A DNA stretch of 50,200 nucleotides, the filler included, from Stramenopiles sp. TOSAG23-3 (taxonomy: Eukaryota): assembly GCA_900128585.1 (NCBI GenBank). It is 4 parts of 4 records of this genome, joined end to end, with 100 filler letters (N's around TTAATTAATTAA, not from the genome) between each part and the next. Parts side by side here need not be neighbours in the genome. Positions count along the whole stretch, not along the records: positions 23,088 to 45,994 come from LT642321.1; 3 more parts are not named here. The stretch is one strand, 5' to 3'. Position 1 is the first letter of the stretch, and each line of letters opens with the position of its first letter. Position numbers and translations under genes: made by a program. A model generated the notes under the pieces. It saw only the letters and a list, made by a program, of their open reading frames with translations, made no database searches and had not been told where the DNA came from. Positions 28,680-39,361 of this stretch are shown here, piece by piece.

Positions 28680-31515
28680 ATGGAGGTGCTGAAACGGTGG
28701 CTGCTGCGGGGCATTTTTCTTGCACTTTTTTTGGACGCGGCGCGGGGAGCTTGGGGGGGTACTGGTGTAGTTAAGAATCCTTACAAGAGGTATGCGACGT
28801 CCTACGATGGCGTGGTTGATGCTCCGAAGGCAATAGAAGAGAGCCTGCCCCGGGACGACCTTACGACGAAAGGTCTCAACGGGAAAGTCCTGCAAGTGGG
28901 AACGATCGTCCGGGCCCAGTGGCGGCGGGGGGAGACGTGGTACACGGGGCATGTAGATTTAGTGAACCCTGATGGCACAGTAGATATTCAGTTCGATGAC
29001 GGCGACTACGAGTGGTTTGTTGAGCCCGAGTTCGTGAAGAAGCTGGAAGGGCGGAAGAAACGGGTGGTAAAGGCGGACAAACCCTTGGCCCGGCCGGAGC
29101 TGAAGCACTTTATGAGCAACGTAGACTATGCGCTGTACGGCGCAAAAAAAACTTTGCCGCGACGGGGAGAGCTGCGGTTTACTAGGGACAAGTCTGGGGT
29201 TGGGGGGGGCGCCGGTGCATCCCTTGAGGAGCTGGGCGCGAGCCTGGATGAGGAATATCTTCTTGAAATGTCGACCGACGACAAGGAAATGAAGTGGCTG
29301 GTCGCCGCGTCCCAGGCTAAGGCCAACAGCACTCAATGTGGGCGTGGGCACTACGGCCTCGGCGTTGTACATATGATGGAAGACCGCAAAGCCCAAGCCA
29401 TGAAACACTTCCAACGTGCTGCAGACTGCGGTAACCCCGCCGCCCAGAGGGTGCTTGGCCTATCCTTTGGCGGGCATCATAAGGCCATGACTGCGGACTG
29501 GACAGGCGACGGTGGGGAGACGGACACGGCCGCGTCGGGCCCGGCGAGTCCCGTCGACGGGGGGCTGACCGCGAAAGCAGTCTTGCACCTGTACTTTGCC
29601 GCCATGGGCGGGGATGCCCCTGCGCAGCTAGCCCTTGGAACGAAGCATCTCTACGGCCGAGGGGTTCCAAAAAAGTGTACCGCTGGAGTTGTGTACCTCC
29701 AGGCCGCCGCACAGGCCGCTGTGCAGAGCGTGGAAGACCGGGGGCAGGAGAACATTGTCGAATCGATCCTCCTGTCGGAGCAGATCAGCGACGGTCTGAG
29801 CGGGCGGCGGGCCCGGCGACGGAACGGCAATGGGGGGGGGGGACGGGGACGGGTTGCAGGATGATATCGTCCAGTACCTCAGCTACGCAGCTCGAAATGG
29901 GGACGACTCTGCCCAAACTTCTCTTGGAGAAATTTTTTATTTTGGCATTCGGGGAATACGGCGAGACGCAGTGAAGGCCCGCAAGTACTTTGAGCTGAGC
30001 GCGAAGCAAGGGAACGAGCGCGCGATGGCGATGCTGGGGCACATGTACACCAGGGGGCATGGGGTGGAGGCCGATAATGCAACGGCGCTGTCCTGGTTTG
30101 AGAAAAGCATTGAGAAGGACGGGAAGACCGCGCATGCCCACCTCGGCATGTTTTACCTGTTCGGGCTGGGCGTGAAGCGCAACGTGACAAAAGCCCGCGT
30201 CCATTTTCAGCACGCGGCCAACGGGGGGGAGGCAGGCGCCATGCACGGCCTTGGGGTAATGCGAATCAAGGGGCTGGGCGTGCGTCGCGACTACAAAAAA
30301 GCCCTTCAGCTGTTCCAGCGAGGGTCGCGCCAAGGCCACACCTTGGCCCAAAACAAACTTGCTCAAATGACGCTGTTCGGGGTTGGGACCTCGCCGTCGT
30401 GTGAGGACGCCGCCAAGTCCTTCAAGAGCGTTGCGGAGAAGGGCCCATGGTCCATCAAGCTTCAAAAAGCGTACCGCAAGTTCCAACAGGGCGATTCGCA
30501 TGCGTCCCTCTGGCTTTACCAAATGCTGGCGGGCGAAGGGTACAGTGTGGCAGAAAGTAACGTCGCGTTTTTGCTCGAGCAGGAGGTCGTGAAGTCTCTG
30601 GCGCCCCTAACACAATTAAAGCGCGCTATCTTGCGTTCTCAGACGTTAGGGAACGTTGGGAAAGCCGTGGGTTTGGTGGCAGACGAGGAGCTCCCCAAAG
30701 GGTACTTGGATCAAACTGCCGAGCACAGCGTTGCTTTTTACAGTCTCGCTGCTGAGCAAGGATCGTCCCAAGCTTACGTGAAAATGGGGGACATGTTCTA
30801 CTTTGGGTTTGTTGGAAAAGACGACAAGGGCCTGTTCGACTTCAAGAAGGCGGTCTCGCATTACACCATGGCCTCGAAGGCGCGAAACGGCCAAGGTCGG
30901 TTCAACCTGGGGTACATGTACGAGCATGGGCTAGGCGTGAAGCAAGACCTGCATTTGGCAAAACGATACTACGACGAAACAAAGAGTCTTGACCCAGAAG
31001 GGTTGATGCCGGTGTACCTGGTCCTGTTCCGCATGCGGTTGTGCAAGGCATGGCAAAGCCTGTCGAACAGAGTGTTTCGAACCGGCAGTTCAACGGACAA
31101 GGGGGGTTCAGAGAAGAAAAACGTCCAAAAGAAACTTTTCTCGAAGGACGAGGCCGGGCTCACCATCAAAGCAGGGTCGGTTGTCACTGCCCGATGGAAA
31201 GGGCGAAAGCACTATTACAGTGGCTACGTTGCGCAAGTAAACAATGATGAAACTGTAGACATACAGTACGACGACGGTGACTTTGAACACAACGTACAGT
31301 CCCGGTACATCAAACGGAAGCTTCCGGATGCGGTACACCCGTCGTACGGCAAAAGCCTGGAGTCAGACCCGGAAGGAAAGCAGGGTGGTACCGGAATGTT
31401 TCGCCTTCCTTTATTGTTAAACGGCGACGAGTCTGTGTTGGTTCTGGCCGTAACGTGCGCTTTCGCTTGGGTTGTGTACATGACGTGTGTGATGATTGCA
31501 ATTGCAGTCGATTAA
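28680..31515 (+). CDS. SEL1L: SEL1L/HRD3-like ERAD component with two Tudor-like modules; frameshift in G-homopolymer at 29832-29842
   Basis: SP; 'KAVLHLYFAAMGG..AQLALG', 'DDIVQYLSYAA', Sel1 repeats, 'FKSVAEKGPW', 'AESNVAFLLE', 'QDLHLAKRYYD'; C-terminal TM. ORFs 28665-29864 and 29830-31515 join if the 11-G run is 10 G. Confidence 0.85.
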
Positions 31516-31891
31516 ATACAATCATATTATGAATCTTGGGATTCCGCCTCTCCCACAAGTTGCGTGGACATTTTCTGTAACGGTACCGGTTGTAAGAAGA
31601 AGTACGAGGAGTACGACGAAGAAGAATTTTAATACCGGCACCCGTACCAAAAGGAGCATGAAAATTAATTAAAAGCAAAAAATTGGCTGTTATTTTACGA
31701 ATCAGTAAGTATGAAAAAACAAGAAAATTGGCTGTTATTTAAGTATGATTAATGAAAATTTATCTTCTGTCCAATATTATAACAAATTATATTATTACCA
31801 GATTTTAGTTAATCAATATGCTCTTGTCACCTCGTCTTGACTATCATTCTCTGGTATGTACTTAAATGCAAATAATTATGTGTGCAGTTTA

Positions 31892-33910
31892 TTATGTGTG
31901 CAGAAACACGATTTCCTGCTCGGCGCTGGTGCTCTCTTCGTTGCCCCCTTCCTCGGCCCCGGCACCGTCAGCCGAATCCCTGTGGTCGCCCGTCTCCCCC
32001 CTGCGCACCAACATACCCTCCGTAGCTGTCACAATAACTTCCCCTTGAGAATTCACTGATTGCCAGCCTAATTTCAAGACTTGCTTTATCGTAGACCGGC
32101 ACACAGGGCACTGTTTTTCTCCCTCCCTCCGGGCCAATTTGAGCCCGCACTGATAGCAGATTCCACCGTGGCCACAATCCATAATAACAGCATTGGCTTT
32201 TCGGTCCGCGCAAATAAAACACTCTGTGGTCGTTTCATAGGTGTTACTTGAAGGGGGCTTCTCGGAGGACGCGTTTCCATCGGTCTGGTCCAATCCAGCT
32301 TCGCTGCCTTCCTTCCCCTTCGCGTATTCTTCCAACATGTTATCGTCGTTTCTCTCGTCCACGGTCCCCAAACTCTCGATGGAAACCTTGTACTCGGACG
32401 GCTGGTCGTCGTTTTTACCGTCCTGGCTGCTCTTGCTGCTCTCGCTGTCGTCGCCCTTCACGACGATCACTTTCAGGGGGTGGACTGCAGCCGACCTCGC
32501 CCCGGCCAAGGCAGTTATTCCTTTAATGTTGAAGCTAAACTCCGCCTGCATGTCGAACGGCGACTTGCCTGCCCAATCGTTCTCGCCGCCACTGTCTTCG
32601 CTACCATCCAATTTACGAAACAAGGTAGTTGACTGTTGAAGCAACGTGACGGGCGTCGTTATCGTGGTAAAGAGACCCTCTGTGTTGTCCCCATAGCCGG
32701 CGGTGGTGCCTGCCTGGGTGTCCATGACCTCGTCTGGGAGCTCTTCGTTCCCCCGTCTAAACGTCGACATACGGGCCATGATGCACTTCGCAACTGGCGT
32801 AAACATCATCAAATTTGCATGCATGCATATCAACGGAATCATAAAGGGGGCGTTGGACCCAGTGCCGTCCGTGTCCAACCTCCTCGCCAAGAAGAGGAGA
32901 AACAAGAAGAAACATATTACCGTGCTGCCGATCCCATAGATAAAGATGCCAATTAAGATTCCCATTCGTCGCCTTTCCTCCCGTGCATGGTACACGCTTG
33001 CCGTCTCCCCAAACATGATGCTGCACATATACACCGGCAACAAAATGAACGCGACGACGGCCAGGTTGATGCAGAAAAACCACAAAGGGATAAAGCTCGT
33101 GGACCAGGAGTGCGGGTTGTACCCATCGACTTTGGAACATATAATTATTGGCATTAAAATCGATATGCCGGAGTACATGATTGCTTCGTACAAACGCTTG
33201 ATTCTTTTGTAGTAGATGCGCCTGGCGACGGCGGGGTCCAGCGGGGTAAAGAACTTTATCAACGCACCGCAGCAGATGGCGACCCAAAATGGCATAAAGG
33301 TAGCCGTCAACGATATGTGCACGGTTTTCTCCAACTTCAACACCAACAAAAATTTAGTCAACACGCTGCCCACGTCCCCAACAATGTTTAAAAGTGAAAC
33401 GCCCACGAGGTGGTGGGGGGACTCTATCGTAGGCTCTCGAATCTGCCTCATCAGTTCCTTCAATTTGTACACGTGGAATCCGATTTTCAACACGTTTGCT
33501 GCCCACAGGGGGGAAATGACGACGGCCCAGGGCAGGCCGGAAGGGTTGCTGTCCAGCTTCACCAGCAGCATAATACAAAACAACGTAAGGAAAAACATAC
33601 GGACTGGGATTACCCGGTCGACTATCTTGTTGTTGTTGCTTCTGTTTTGCTCCACCGCTCTCTCTTGGTCCCGGCGTCTTTGAAGCCTTACTAATTGGTC
33701 GGGGGGCAACCCCCTGAGCGCAGTCGGCATATCCCCCAGCGCCGCCGTTGCGGCTTCGCCGTCTTGTTCGAACGTTTCCTCCCGTGCCCTGTCCAAAGTT
33801 GGGGACGCGGGAACAACTCTCTCGCGCCCGGGAGACGTTACGGTCCCGGTGTGCGGCGGTGAAGACGATGGAGGCGGTGGCTGCGGTACGGGTAGCTGCT
33901 GCCCCTCCAT
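31892..33910 (-). CDS. Multi-pass membrane (TMEM185-like) RING E3 ligase, C3HC4_3-type
   Basis: Repeated 'LLVKLD...W..V..PLW' TM pairs; C-terminal 'CFICADRKANAVIMDCGHGGICYQC...CPVCR'. ATG MEGQQ at 33910. Confidence 0.85.
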   Translation of the reverse strand: MEGQQLPVPQPPPPSSSPPHTGTVTSPGRERVVPASPTLDRAREETFEQDGEAATAALGDMPTALRGLPPDQLVRLQRRRDQERAVEQNRSNNNKIVDRVIPVRMFFLTLFCIMLLVKLDSNPSGLPWAVVISPLWAANVLKIGFHVYKLKELMRQIREPTIESPHHLVGVSLLNIVGDVGSVLTKFLLVLKLEKTVHISLTATFMPFWVAICCGALIKFFTPLDPAVARRIYYKRIKRLYEAIMYSGISILMPIIICSKVDGYNPHSWSTSFIPLWFFCINLAVVAFILLPVYMCSIMFGETASVYHAREERRRMGILIGIFIYGIGSTVICFFLFLLFLARRLDTDGTGSNAPFMIPLICMHANLMMFTPVAKCIMARMSTFRRGNEELPDEVMDTQAGTTAGYGDNTEGLFTTITTPVTLLQQSTTLFRKLDGSEDSGGENDWAGKSPFDMQAEFSFNIKGITALAGARSAAVHPLKVIVVKGDDSESSKSSQDGKNDDQPSEYKVSIESLGTVDERNDDNMLEEYAKGKEGSEAGLDQTDGNASSEKPPSSNTYETTTECFICADRKANAVIMDCGHGGICYQCGLKLARREGEKQCPVCRSTIKQVLKLGWQSVNSQGEVIVTATEGMLVRRGETGDHRDSADGAGAEEGGNEESTSAEQEIVFLHT

Positions 33911-34653
33911 GTTTCTACAATAAGCAACCCAAAGAACGTGCGAGAAGAACGAGACACGAGGGTTTGTTCCCCTTGCCGTTATCACCTAGCGCGAGCACCT
34001 GTTGTGAGACGGAAGTACGAGCAGGGGAATAAAAAGACAAATGTCTTCACACACACGTACACTATGTATGTATGTGGGTGGTATATATTGGTTTCACGCC
34101 CTCTTTCATCAATTGCAGGGGTCGTTTTTAAACCTTCAAACAACAACATTTAAATTATATTTTGGTTTTATTACTTACTCATTACACGTACACTGCTATT
34201 ATATAATACCGAACATGAACAAGAAGAAGAAGAAGAAGAAAGACCAAGAAGTAAAAATTCAGCCTTTTTTTTTTTTAGTCTTGCTTGGTCTAATACGCCT
34301 CGTAAATAATAGAAGAATAGTTCTTTTTTTTTTATTTTATTATTTTTTTAAAAGAGAAGAAGAAGAAGTTTTTATTTTTTATTTTTAGTCGTTTTACTCG
34401 TAGTAGTAGTCCTTTTTGCTTAGTTCGTTAATTGGATTAATATATTAATACCAGGTATACGCGTACGTTACGAGTAGGAGGTCTAATCTAAATCAGAAAT
34501 TTGGTACCCGTATTATTATTACATTATTTCATTTATTTATACTAAAAAATTATGTATTTCAATAAAAATAGAAAGAAGACTTTAAAAGATTTATTAAAAA
34601 AATATTTATTAAACTTCAGTATTATTAGTTCAATAATACAATATTGAAACCTC

Positions 34654-34758
34654 TTTCCTTCCTTCCTTTCCTTCCTTTCCTTCCTTCCTTCCTTCCTTTC
34701 CTTCCTTCCTTCGTTTCCTTCCTTCCTTCCTTTCCTTCCTTTCCTTCCTTCCTTCCTT
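34654..34758 (+). repeat. (TTCC)n / (TTTCC)n microsatellite
   Basis: Direct inspection. Confidence 0.92.
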
Positions 34759-35024
34759 ATTTCGGGTACCGGTACTTCCTTCCTCACTTTTTCGCGCACT
34801 GTGTTTTTTTATTTGTTATTCTCTTATTATTACAAATTCATCCTATAATTAGACTATACAATAAAAATTACAATCGTTGAACTGTGTTATACGAGGAGTA
34901 GATACAGCATGTAAAGTAAAGTGACTGTGGGTGGTGAAGGTGAGAGTGAAGGTGAAGTTTATAATAATAATAGAAAAAAATAAATTAAAATTAAAAAAAA
35001 TGTGGTGGTTATACAGTAGTAAAA

Positions 35025-35025
<1 letters not shown>

Positions 35026-35055
<30 letters not shown>

Positions 35056-35157
35056 AAGAAGAAGAAGAAGAAGAAGAAGAAGAAGAAGAAGAAGAAGAAG
35101 AAGAAGAAAGAAGAAGAAGAAGAAGAAGAAGAAGAACAAGAAGAAGAAGAAGAAAAA
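35026..35157 (+). repeat. (GAA)n microsatellite
   Basis: Direct inspection. Confidence 0.95.
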
Positions 35158-35406
35158 AATAATAATAATTGGTACAGCAGTAATAATAATAATAATAAAA
35201 ATTATAATAAAAAAATTATTCTCTTTTGTTGGTAGTGTTTGGTTTGTTACAATGATTGATTCTTTCTTTCTTTCATTACATCATGATTTTGAAGAAATTT
35301 CTTTTTCGTGTAGAATATTCTTGGGTTTGATTGTGTTGTTTTCAAATTGTTCCGTCTTATTTGTATTTTCCCACTGCCTTTCTTTGCTTTTTAGTTTGAG
35401 GTCAAG

Positions 35407-36537
35407 ATGGTACGTCGGTCCTCTAGAATAGCGAAGATTCAAAGCGATAGTGAGAGCGACGAGCCTGCGCCGGTCAGGCGTGCTGCTGCGAGGGGGAAGG
35501 CAACTCCATCCCAGAAGAAGGCAACTCCATCCAAGAAGAAGTCGAATCCATCCAAGAAGAAGGCAACACCAAAAAAGAAGAAGGCTGCTGCCAAAAGCGG
35601 TAGAGCCGGCAAGAAGACTAGCAAATCCAAGGCACAAACCGGGAAAAGTCCGCGGGACGAAAGCGCCGCCAGGGGGGCCTGGGTACTGAACAAACCAGAG
35701 TTTCGGAGCACGGCAAAATTAAAGAAGAAGTCCTTGCTGTCTCCCATACCATCGTTTGAAGAGGTAGGGGGCAGTGACGAAGGGAGCAGTGGCGACAGTG
35801 GTGTAGAAGAGGAGCGTGTGGCGGCGGCAAACGGCGGTCCGACAACAAGGGAGGCTGACGAAGCACAGAGCTCGGACGACGACGTTTTTACCTTTAAAGA
35901 GTTCGACGAAAAGCAAGGAGAAGAAACTGCTAGCGTGCCCTCGGAGAACAGTGCAGAAAAGAAGGCTCGAAAAATGGGCCTGCTGTTTGGGCGTACGTCC
36001 TCGTCCGTGGCCACAGAACGAAATGGCTTGGTGGCCTTGGCGAAGAAAAATGGCCTCAACGCCTCCTTTTCGAGCGGCGTGGCGCCAGCGGCCAGTGCTC
36101 GGGCTGGCCACGGCACGGTTGGCCTTACGGACAGATTGATGAGAAAAAGTAACCTTTACAGTAGCAATGCAAGCGAAGCAAGTAGCAGCTCCGCACCGAA
36201 GCGTGGATTTCACGACTTTGTAACCCCGAAAATGACGCCAGAAATTCAGCGAGACTTAGAAATCTTAAAAATGAGAAGCTTTATTGACCCAAAACGTTTT
36301 TACAAGAAGAGCGACTCCAAACGGAAACTGCCTACTGAATTTCAAATGGGCACAATTATTGAAGGCGCAGCAGAGTTTAAGAGCAGCAGGCTCACCAAAA
36401 AACAACGGCATGGAACCATGTCTGAAGAGTTGTACCATGACAAACGTGCCCGCAAGTACACTCGCCGTGTTTTTAATGATGTTCAAGCAGCAAAACGTCT
36501 CAAGAAGAAGACGAAACAAAACAACCGCCGCTGGTGA
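35407..36537 (+). CDS. FCF2: rRNA-processing protein Fcf2 / DNTTIP2-like
   Basis: Fcf2 domain 'MTPEIQRDLEILKMRSFIDPKRFYKK...PTEFQMGTIIEGAAEFKSSRLTKKQR..T..EEL'; basic low-complexity N-terminus. Confidence 0.9.
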   Translation: MVRRSSRIAKIQSDSESDEPAPVRRAAARGKATPSQKKATPSKKKSNPSKKKATPKKKKAAAKSGRAGKKTSKSKAQTGKSPRDESAARGAWVLNKPEFRSTAKLKKKSLLSPIPSFEEVGGSDEGSSGDSGVEEERVAAANGGPTTREADEAQSSDDDVFTFKEFDEKQGEETASVPSENSAEKKARKMGLLFGRTSSSVATERNGLVALAKKNGLNASFSSGVAPAASARAGHGTVGLTDRLMRKSNLYSSNASEASSSSAPKRGFHDFVTPKMTPEIQRDLEILKMRSFIDPKRFYKKSDSKRKLPTEFQMGTIIEGAAEFKSSRLTKKQRHGTMSEELYHDKRARKYTRRVFNDVQAAKRLKKKTKQNNRRW

Positions 36538-37098
36538 GGATGATTTCAACTGTAATACATATTATTAAGGAATATAATAGATCTTGATAATGTACTACCC
36601 AGATACATGTTCCTCTTCTTGAATAATATTTTTATGTCTCTCGCTTCTTCCCTTAATATTAATTAATTCCTTCCACCAATAAAAAATTATTAATTATTTA
36701 TTTTGTGTAGTTGTTCGCTCTACTACTTAAATAATACCCGTAATACCTGGCCGGTACAACAGGGGAAAATTGTACAGGTACGGTACCTCCTCCTACCGGT
36801 TTTATTCCTGTACCATACCGGTACGGTACCTACCTGTACTTTGCACTTTTTGCATGGCAATTATTATTATTATATTGTTGGGTATATAAATATTATATTA
36901 TAATATAGCTAATAAAAATACTGCAGAAGATATACATCTAAAGTAGACAAGAAGACTCTCTATTTCATTGCCTTCTTTTTCTCAATATCAGCATTTTGTG
37001 AGTAGAACATCTACGTACTAACACCACAATTGTAGATAAGGATTGCCAGGACCATATTTTTTGACCTCACATCCGAAGAGCGATAGCGTGCATTAAAA

Positions 37099-38859
37099 AT
37101 GGGTAATGTGTTGGGTAGAGTGACGGGCCGCAATGGGGTGTACTTCATTGCGCTCTCAGCAGTGTTTGCCAAAGACTTGGCGTTCGTGTTTCGCAGGAAA
37201 CCTAATTCCAATTTGCTTTCCCTGTTCAATTCATTGCTTGTAGACGGTGGTTTTGTGCGCACCTGCCTCGCAGATGCTTGCGGGTTGATGATTTTGTGGC
37301 GGCTGATAAAAACGTTCGGTGCCCTGGACACGTTCTTTCGAAAGCTGAGTTGGACGGAGCAGAAAGACTATATTGTTGGCACAGTTTTTCACTACTTGCA
37401 GTACATTCCATACGTAGACAACAAGATCAGGCAAGAGAGGTTCGAGATGGAAGCTGGGCTTCGCACGTCGATGAAGAATGCCCCACACCTGCAGCAAGCC
37501 ACGAAATACTTTACGCTTCCCCAGGAGGGGCGTGCCACGGACGATATATTGGCAGAAATGAAAGGGTACGTAGACAAAGAGGACACGACGTGGAAAGATG
37601 GTTTTGTGTCCGGCGCAGTCTACCACGGTGAGCCGGATCACTTGGAGTGTCAAAACCAGGCGTTGACCATGTACAGTTTAAGCAACCCGCTGCACCCCGA
37701 GCTTTGGCCATCGCTGCGAAAATACGAAGCGGAAGTGGTGTCCATGACTGCCTCGTTCTTAAACGGCGGGGACCAAAACGTTGTTGGAGCGATTACGTCC
37801 GGCGGCACGGAGTCCATTTTCATGGCCGTGAAAAGTCACCGTGAGTATGGGTGGAGGTTCAAAGGCATTGCGGAGCCCGAAATAATCATCCCTGTCACGG
37901 CCCACGCTGCGTTCGAAAAGGCTTGCGAGGCATTGAAAATGAAGTGTATCAAGCTCCCGGTCGACCAGACGACGTTTCAGGTCGACCCCGCCCAGGTCAA
38001 CGACCGCATCTCTGGGAACACGGTCCTAATCGTTGGCAGTGCGCCGAACTACCCCCAGGGAACGATTGATCGCTTGTCGGAGCTGTCCGACGTTGCTGTG
38101 GCGCGAAACGTAGGAATGCACGTAGACATGTGCTTGGGCGGGTTCATCCTTCCCTTTGCAAATAACGTCGGTTTTGACCTTCCTCCGTTCGACTTTTCGC
38201 TTCCCGGCGTGACGTCCATCAGCTGCGATACGCACAAGTACGGGTACGCCGCCAAGGGGACGTCCGTCGTTCTTTACCGCAACAAACAATTGCGCGAGTG
38301 CATGTACTGGACGTACGCCGACTGGACTGGGGGGCTCTACTGCACCCCGACCATGGCCGGCAGCCGGGCGGGGGGGCTGAGCGCGGCGTGCTGGGCCTCG
38401 ATGGTGCGCATGGGCCGAAGCGGGTACGAATCGCACACGAAGAAGATTTTGCAGACCAGGCAGAAGCTTCAAAAGGGCATAGAGGGCATCCCGGAACTGC
38501 AGGTTCTCGGTAACCCGCAGGCCATGGTATTGGCGTGGCGGTCGACCAAGCTGAACGTGTACGAGCTGAGCGACAGGATGGGGAAGCGAAAGTGGAGCAT
38601 CAACAGTCTGCAGAAGCCAGCCAGCAGTCATATCTGTGTGACGTACCGGCAGACCCTGGACGGTGTAGCAGAAAGGTTTCTCGCCGATCTTACGGATTGC
38701 GTGAAAGAGTTGATGGACGAGAAGAAGGCCAACAAGGGGGCTGAGACAGTGGCAGAGACGGGTGGAAGTGCCCCTATCTACGGCAGCATAGCCAGCCTTC
38801 CGCCCGGGCCAGTGAACCAAATGATCTGCTCGTACATGGACATCGTGCTTGAGGTATAG
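37099..38859 (+). CDS. SGPL1: Sphingosine-1-phosphate lyase (PLP-dependent)
   Basis: 'GFVSGAVYHG', 'SNPLHP', 'TSGGTESI', 'HVDMCLGGF', PLP lysine in 'SCDTHKYG', 'PTMAGSRAG'. Confidence 0.95.
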   Translation: MGNVLGRVTGRNGVYFIALSAVFAKDLAFVFRRKPNSNLLSLFNSLLVDGGFVRTCLADACGLMILWRLIKTFGALDTFFRKLSWTEQKDYIVGTVFHYLQYIPYVDNKIRQERFEMEAGLRTSMKNAPHLQQATKYFTLPQEGRATDDILAEMKGYVDKEDTTWKDGFVSGAVYHGEPDHLECQNQALTMYSLSNPLHPELWPSLRKYEAEVVSMTASFLNGGDQNVVGAITSGGTESIFMAVKSHREYGWRFKGIAEPEIIIPVTAHAAFEKACEALKMKCIKLPVDQTTFQVDPAQVNDRISGNTVLIVGSAPNYPQGTIDRLSELSDVAVARNVGMHVDMCLGGFILPFANNVGFDLPPFDFSLPGVTSISCDTHKYGYAAKGTSVVLYRNKQLRECMYWTYADWTGGLYCTPTMAGSRAGGLSAACWASMVRMGRSGYESHTKKILQTRQKLQKGIEGIPELQVLGNPQAMVLAWRSTKLNVYELSDRMGKRKWSINSLQKPASSHICVTYRQTLDGVAERFLADLTDCVKELMDEKKANKGAETVAETGGSAPIYGSIASLPPGPVNQMICSYMDIVLEV

Positions 38860-39361
38860 GGGGGGTTAACTAAAATCTTGCCTATCTATAAAAACTGAGT
38901 TTTTTTTTTTTTTTAAACTGAGTTAAGAAAGTTTTTTTTTTAAAGAATATCTCAACTGGAAAGTGGATCGACTCGTGCCGCGCTGGGGAGATGGCGAGGG
39001 GTTTCTAAGATTGTTTAATGATGGTGTGTGGGTGTTATGCCGATAATCGTAAGAGAGGTAGAGTAGTATCACATGTAGAGTAATACACAGGCTTCGGGGG
39101 GAGGGTACGTGGTAGAAATGTATTTGTTTGAACATCAAAAGTACTCAAAGATATCTTCCTTACTTTAAATCACCGTCCTGACACTCAAGAGTCGCCTCCG
39201 TTCCAAACAGCCATTGAGAAGCACAGCGCTACAGAAGCGCCGTGTCCCTCGTGCGTCTGCGCGGTGAGGCACAACGCCGATCATGGTCTGAACCGCGGTG
39301 CCTCGGCACTGCCGTCTGCACAGACACAAGCTTTTCGAAACGGCAAAGGAAGCGAATGGAT

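Noticed and set aside
29832..29842. Programmed frameshift or phase variation at the 11-G run in SEL1L
   Set aside because: A one-base homopolymer indel in a conserved housekeeping gene is most simply a sequencing/assembly error; no stimulatory structure is evident.
28680..33910. SEL1L next to a TM-RING ligase as an HRD1-HRD3 gene pair
   Set aside because: The ligase has a C3HC4_3 RING and TMEM185-like TMs, not the HRD1 RING-H2 architecture; adjacency is probably coincidental.
36532..36543. TGG TGA GGA TGA at the FCF2 end as a possible Sec-Gly C-terminus (also TGT GTT TGA TGC at the HDAC end)
   Set aside because: No redox motif context, no recognisable SECIS downstream, and these families are not selenoproteins.
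38963..38973. 11-mer GTGGATCGACT shared with 995-1005
   Set aside because: Isolated 11-mer matches are expected by chance in 50 kb; the match does not extend.
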